From contig NC_068998.1 in NCBI RefSeq assembly GCF_001194135.2, forward strand, positions 28,167,121 through 28,220,678: a stretch of DNA of 53,558 bases, given 5' to 3'. Shown here piece by piece: positions 49,201 through 53,558 of this stretch. The number at the start of each line of letters is the position of its first letter. Positions within the stretch are counted from its first letter, which is position 1. This DNA comes from Octopus bimaculoides (Eukaryota). The notes beneath the pieces are model-generated. The model was not told the DNA's origin. It did not search any database and saw only the letters and a program-made list of their open reading frames with translations. Position numbers and translations under genes: made by a program.

Positions 49201-50419
49201 TGACTTCTTTAGACATATTGGCCACTTCGGACTTTCTTGAACTCTGCTTTAAAGACTGGAACTTTTCCTTGCCTGCGCATTGTATTGCATTTGAATTGGT
49301 CTTTTTTGATTTCACTTTTCTTTGCATATCACTTCCTTTTTCAGGACCTTACCTGTGTATGTACATATTTTTGAATATTGTGTATATTATATGTTAACTT
49401 GTTTCAATGTTCATACACACATGCACCACAATCTAGGATTTCAGTTGCTTTCTCATTGCTCCTGAATGCTAGCAACTCCAGCCTCTGCAAACGACCCACC
49501 GTTCTTGCAGGCTTACAACACTAGCCTCTGCAAGTGACCTACTGTTCTTGTAGACTAACAGTATTTTTTCCCACTACAAGCGACTCACTGCCCTTCCAGG
49601 AAAAGTCTTGTCACTGCTCATGTCTCAGCAGCCAACATTGCATCTCAAGCACTTTGACTTTTGCATCCTGTAATTTCCAGTTTCCTGGACAGTTGTTATT
49701 CCATTTGTATGTCAGACGTTCTGTATCTCAGACTATTTACATTTCTTAACTTTGCCTTGCCAGTGACTGTTCCGGAGAATAGACTCATGCTGTTATAGAC
49801 ACCGCATTCACGTTTTCTCTCTTTCTGTATCATTGTACATATACGCTTTTTCATTTTTATTGGGCACCTTTCTTTGCTGAACGTTTTCCTTGTACACACT
49901 TGCATTGTATTTTTTTTTTCAATTTCAGTTGCTCATACAACTGTTTTCCCATTGTTCGTTCTTGTGTGCCCTCCTAGTGCACATCTTACTCCACCTACAC
50001 AACTCTTAATCGACCGCTTCCGGTCTAAGGGGAGGCTCTGTTGGCGCAGTTACCTCCCTTGACAGCAAGTTTAAAACAAGCTCGCTAGATGGCGATAGAG
50101 TGTGAGATTCTGGTACGAGCCCTTTGGACTTTCTCTTTCTGCATCGGGACGTGAGACTGTGAAGACGTAACCTAATTGGCTCTCTCTCACACAACATGCC
50201 ACTAGCATGTTGTGTGAGAAAACCAGGAGAAGACCATGGGTTCCACACATCAAACCATTTTCATCTTATTCAGCTCGTGTATATACGTGTGGTCACATTA
50301 AAGGTATATAAAGTCTCAGCCTTGTTTATATATTCTTTATGCCGAGTTTCCTGTCAAATGATATTACAGTCTTCTGAGTAGATTCACATTAGATGGAATA
50401 CAACCTATCCATTTATATC

Positions 50420-50900
50420 CCGTGCCACCACTGAAACATTTTGTTGCCCTTATGGATACACTTAAGCAGGCTCATTCATTCTTACCATGCTCGCAACAGC
50501 CTTTCATCTTTTCCCATTTATATCAGGCGACAGATATTCCTTTCCAGCCTTATTTTCCTTTTAAGATGGAAAACAAATAAATTCACCATTGCAAGACTGG
50601 AGATGAAGATGCCTGTCGCAACTCCTTTCATACGAGTTCTCCATACAACCTCTTTCGCTACAGAAATCATAGCAAGAAAACAAGCATTGCCTTCTTTGTT
50701 CAAAGAGGAAGGTGGAACAATCTTTGAAATTGACTCGGAAAACAGTTGTACTCTTCCTAGACGTGACAGAAGCTGTTCAACGTAGACCTACATTTCTGAA
50801 GTTTTCGGGCACGACACAGTCGCGTGTGGAACAAGAAGCAAAGAGTGAACAAGAAGCAAAGTGCCTTGCAAGTTTATCTTTGGATGTTATCTGAAGGTCC
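50420..50900 (-). mobile_element. L1/Tx1-like ORF2 C-terminal fragment
   Basis: NKEGNACFLAMISVAKEVVWRTRMKG...FHLKRKIRLER. Confidence 0.75.
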
Positions 50901-51309
50901 TGGCTCAAATGTCTTTCGGGACATGCCAGCAAGTTGACTATCGTGCCTCTTCAAAATTGTAACAATATAATAATTGATAAATAACCATCTTATAATAATT
51001 ATGCTTGTTATTAGGTTACTTAACCCGTTGGTAACGCTTTCATGTGATTAGTTGAAGGGAAAGAGAGAACAAGAGAAAGAAAAAGGAGAGAAAAAGAGGA
51101 TAAGGCGAAGAGTGAGGCAGAAAGAGAGAGAAAGAAAAAGAGGGAAAGAGAAAAGACGGAGAGAGAAGCGTCCATGACATGAGGTAGGGGGAAGGTAATA
51201 TTTGTTACGTGGCTAAAAATGTTAGTTGAAGGTAGTGATTTCGAGGAAAGTTAGGAATATAATTTTAGTAGAGGGGTGATATTCTGATGGTAAGATTAAA
51301 GAAAGGTAG

Positions 51310-51343
<34 letters not shown>

Positions 51344-51484
51344 GGAGAGAGAGAGAGAGAGAAGGAGGGGGGATGATGATGATGGTGGTTGAGGTGGTGA
51401 TGGTGTGTGCATAGTGAACAATAGTTTATTTTTTGATTGAACTTAGTTTTTTTATATCGCCTATCACTTAACGCATTCACTTTA

Positions 51485-51734
51485 CAATGAAACCAGTTTC
51501 CCGGTCGCCTGTCATATACAATGGCTATCAATAAATCACAAGCGCAGACATTTGATAATGTGGGGGTTGTTCTTGCTTGAACCGTTATTCGGCCATGGTC
51601 AGCTATATGTTGCATTCTCAAGGACTCGCAAATTATCTGATGTGAGAGTTAAAGTTATCAACACTGACAAACAAGGGAAAAGAAGACAAAAAATTTACAT
51701 GAGGAACATAGTCTGCAAAGAAGTATTGGATTGA
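51485..51734 (+). mobile_element. Helitron/PIF1 helicase C-terminal remnant
   Basis: Frameshifted QFP.RLSYTMAINKSQAQTFDNVG.FLLEPLFGHGQLYVAFSR...RNIVCKEVL (PIF1 motifs V-VI and Helitron-type tail). Confidence 0.85.
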
Positions 51735-52094
51735 AAGATGTACGCAAATTGAAATTTTTACTATAAAATGTTTGTTTTCTAGATATGAAATTGTGACCAT
51801 GCAAATTTTAAAATGTAATTTTTTTTTTGGTATGGGAAAAAATGGAAAAATTAGAGTGAATATTTATTTTATGAGTGCTGTGTATTAAGTCTATGAAATT
51901 GTGCATAAAGTATATANNNNNNNNNNNNNNNNNNNNNNNNNNNNNNNNNNNNNNNNNNNNNNNNNNNNNNNNNNNNNNNNNNNNNNNNNNNNNNNNNNNN
52001 NNNNNNNNNNNNNNNNNNNNNNNNNNNNNNNNNNNNNNNNNNNNNNNNNNNNNNNNNNNNNNNNNNNNNNNNNNNNNNNNNNNNNNNNNTATAT

Positions 52095-52254
52095 AATTGC
52101 AGCGTGGAAGGTGTTTATAAGCCAGTTAAGAAACACATAAAAACCGTTAGATTCACTTCAACATTTAAATTTTATTTGCCAAAATGTTGAAGTGAATCTA
52201 ACGGTTTTTGTGTGTTTCTTAAATGGCTTATGAAACACCTTCCACGCTGCAATT
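52095..52254. repeat. ~72-bp-arm inverted repeat with 15-nt spacer
   Basis: Arms 52095-52166 and 52182-52254 differ by one indel and two substitutions. Confidence 0.9.
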
Positions 52255-52587
52255 GTTTTTGTTCCAGCACACGATCTCAGATCAGGTCACTTGCTATGCA
52301 AGTACATCTCCGTATATATATATATAAAGTGCATTAAGTAATCATCGTATTTCAGTTTCCTTCATTTTTCAATGAATAGCTGATGAGTGATTATCTTTTC
52401 ATACAGACACAACACAGGCTATGCTTTCAGGCTTTTTGGGATAAAGTTTTCAGGAATAACCCAATAGGTTTACTATTAATTCCGCGAAATATTCACAGGT
52501 CTCGCTAGTATAGATAACCGGGCAAATATTATTCTTTAATTATTTCACCGATGCATTGTGACATTAAATTCCATTGTTACATGTGTT

Positions 52588-52685
52588 CTGTCTCTCTGGA
52601 CTCAAATTCCGCCGAGACTAACTTTGCCTTTCATTCTGTCGAGGTCAATAAATAATGTACTAGTCAAGTACTGGGATCGATTCTT
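52588..52685 (+). mobile_element. Partial SINE
   Basis: ctcaaattccgccgagactaactttgcctttcattc...aataaataatgtactagtcaagtactgggatcgat. Confidence 0.6.
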
Positions 52686-53558
52686 TTCTTTCTCAAGTAT
52701 TGTCTACATCTGACAAAATGGTGTCTTATTAAAAAACAACCCAAAACAAACGACAGAAGTAACAGGATACGACCTTTGTATTCCTCTACAAAAATTTCAT
52801 GATTAGTATATAGCGCTTAACAAGGAAGTCACCAAAGACCGTCTGTCGATCTGATGGTTCAAGCAAGAAAGGATGTATGCAACAATGCCACTCAAAATGA
52901 TGGGCGTGTTGAAATAATATTGTAATTGTATGTAATCTAGTTGGAGAGTGGTTGGTAACTTTTGCGCAGTTTTACATACATACATACGTACATACATATA
53001 TACATACATACATACACACACACACACATAATTATTACGCAAGTTATTTTTCAGTCGTTGCTTTTAAAAATTTACTTTGTTTATTTTCTAGAGTACTGTT
53101 ACGCCTTACTAGTGTTCAGAATGTCGTTTGTGGCATACACGTTTTTGTGTATCATTGGGTCCTCCATCATGATTTGTTTGTTCTTTCTTGTCTTGCTGGG
53201 AATAGTCTTGCAATTGAGGGGTCCCATTTGTGCTGGGATTGCAGCTTTATTTATTATATTGTTTCATTGAACATGACAATGATGAAAGGTGGGTAGTAAG
53301 AGGTATGTGAGTTTTATTTTATATAAATTATTAACACTTGGAGTGTTCCAGGAAGGGGAATTTTTAGGATGAAAGAGTGAGCAAAACGTCTGAAGGTTGG
53401 ATGGACTAAGAAGTAGATGACGGAAAGAAGTCAACAGAATTTGATAGTATATTTCATTTGCTCTTTCTTATATCGTGAGTTCAAGTCTACTGTATTTTTC
53501 AACAGATCATTTATTGTTAATTTCCTCAATTCATTTGGTTGTTAGGAATATTATCTAC

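Larger units (their letters stand above)
8768..52089. other. Seven assembly gaps: 8768-8867, 10047-10747, 11456-11794, 21940-21949, 35206-35501, 42700-43020, 51917-52089
   Basis: N runs; ORFs spanning them are artefacts. Confidence 0.97.

Noticed and set aside
49700-50260. Possible further LINE fragments on the minus strand
   Set aside because: Similarity is too weak to assign by eye.
51485-51734. Possible host PIF1 exon
   Set aside because: Frameshifted, no splice sites or other exons, and the tail is Helitron-like.

Overview
AT-rich, repeat-dense eukaryotic scaffold with seven N gaps. The SINE/LINE families, (TA)n density and gene style suggest a coleoid cephalopod, most likely Octopus (inference, no database search). 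Two host genes are supported and face each other. One is the last coding exon of an SLC25A44-type mitochondrial carrier (+, 1430-1618). The other is a complete three-coding-exon GEMIN8 (-, 27632-27191, 26237-26178, 25679-25471; 236 aa), reconstructed from splice sites and phases. Almost everything else is transposon debris: RTE, L1/Tx1-like, CR1-like and Penelope retroelements, a Gypsy pol fragment, mariner, Tigger, Helitron, hAT-like and SINE copies. The main unannotated signal is a set of minimal type-I hammerhead-ribozyme motifs with palindromic stem III. Three belong to one family (8391 +, 8708 -, 22545 +), one to a second family (15330), and one is a weak candidate (20253). One lies downstream of a Penelope GIY-YIG fragment and two form a tail-to-tail pair around a microsatellite. 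Also notable are a 595-bp TIR element carrying a SAP-domain remnant, a 1.6-kb nested inverted-repeat complex with a perfect palindromic junction, several fold-back duplications at retroelement ends, a PHD-like finger inserted in an RTE reverse transcriptase, and an identical 117-bp LINE 3' end duplicated 835 bp apart. All identifications are by eye from motifs; element boundaries are approximate unless TIRs or splice sites define them.
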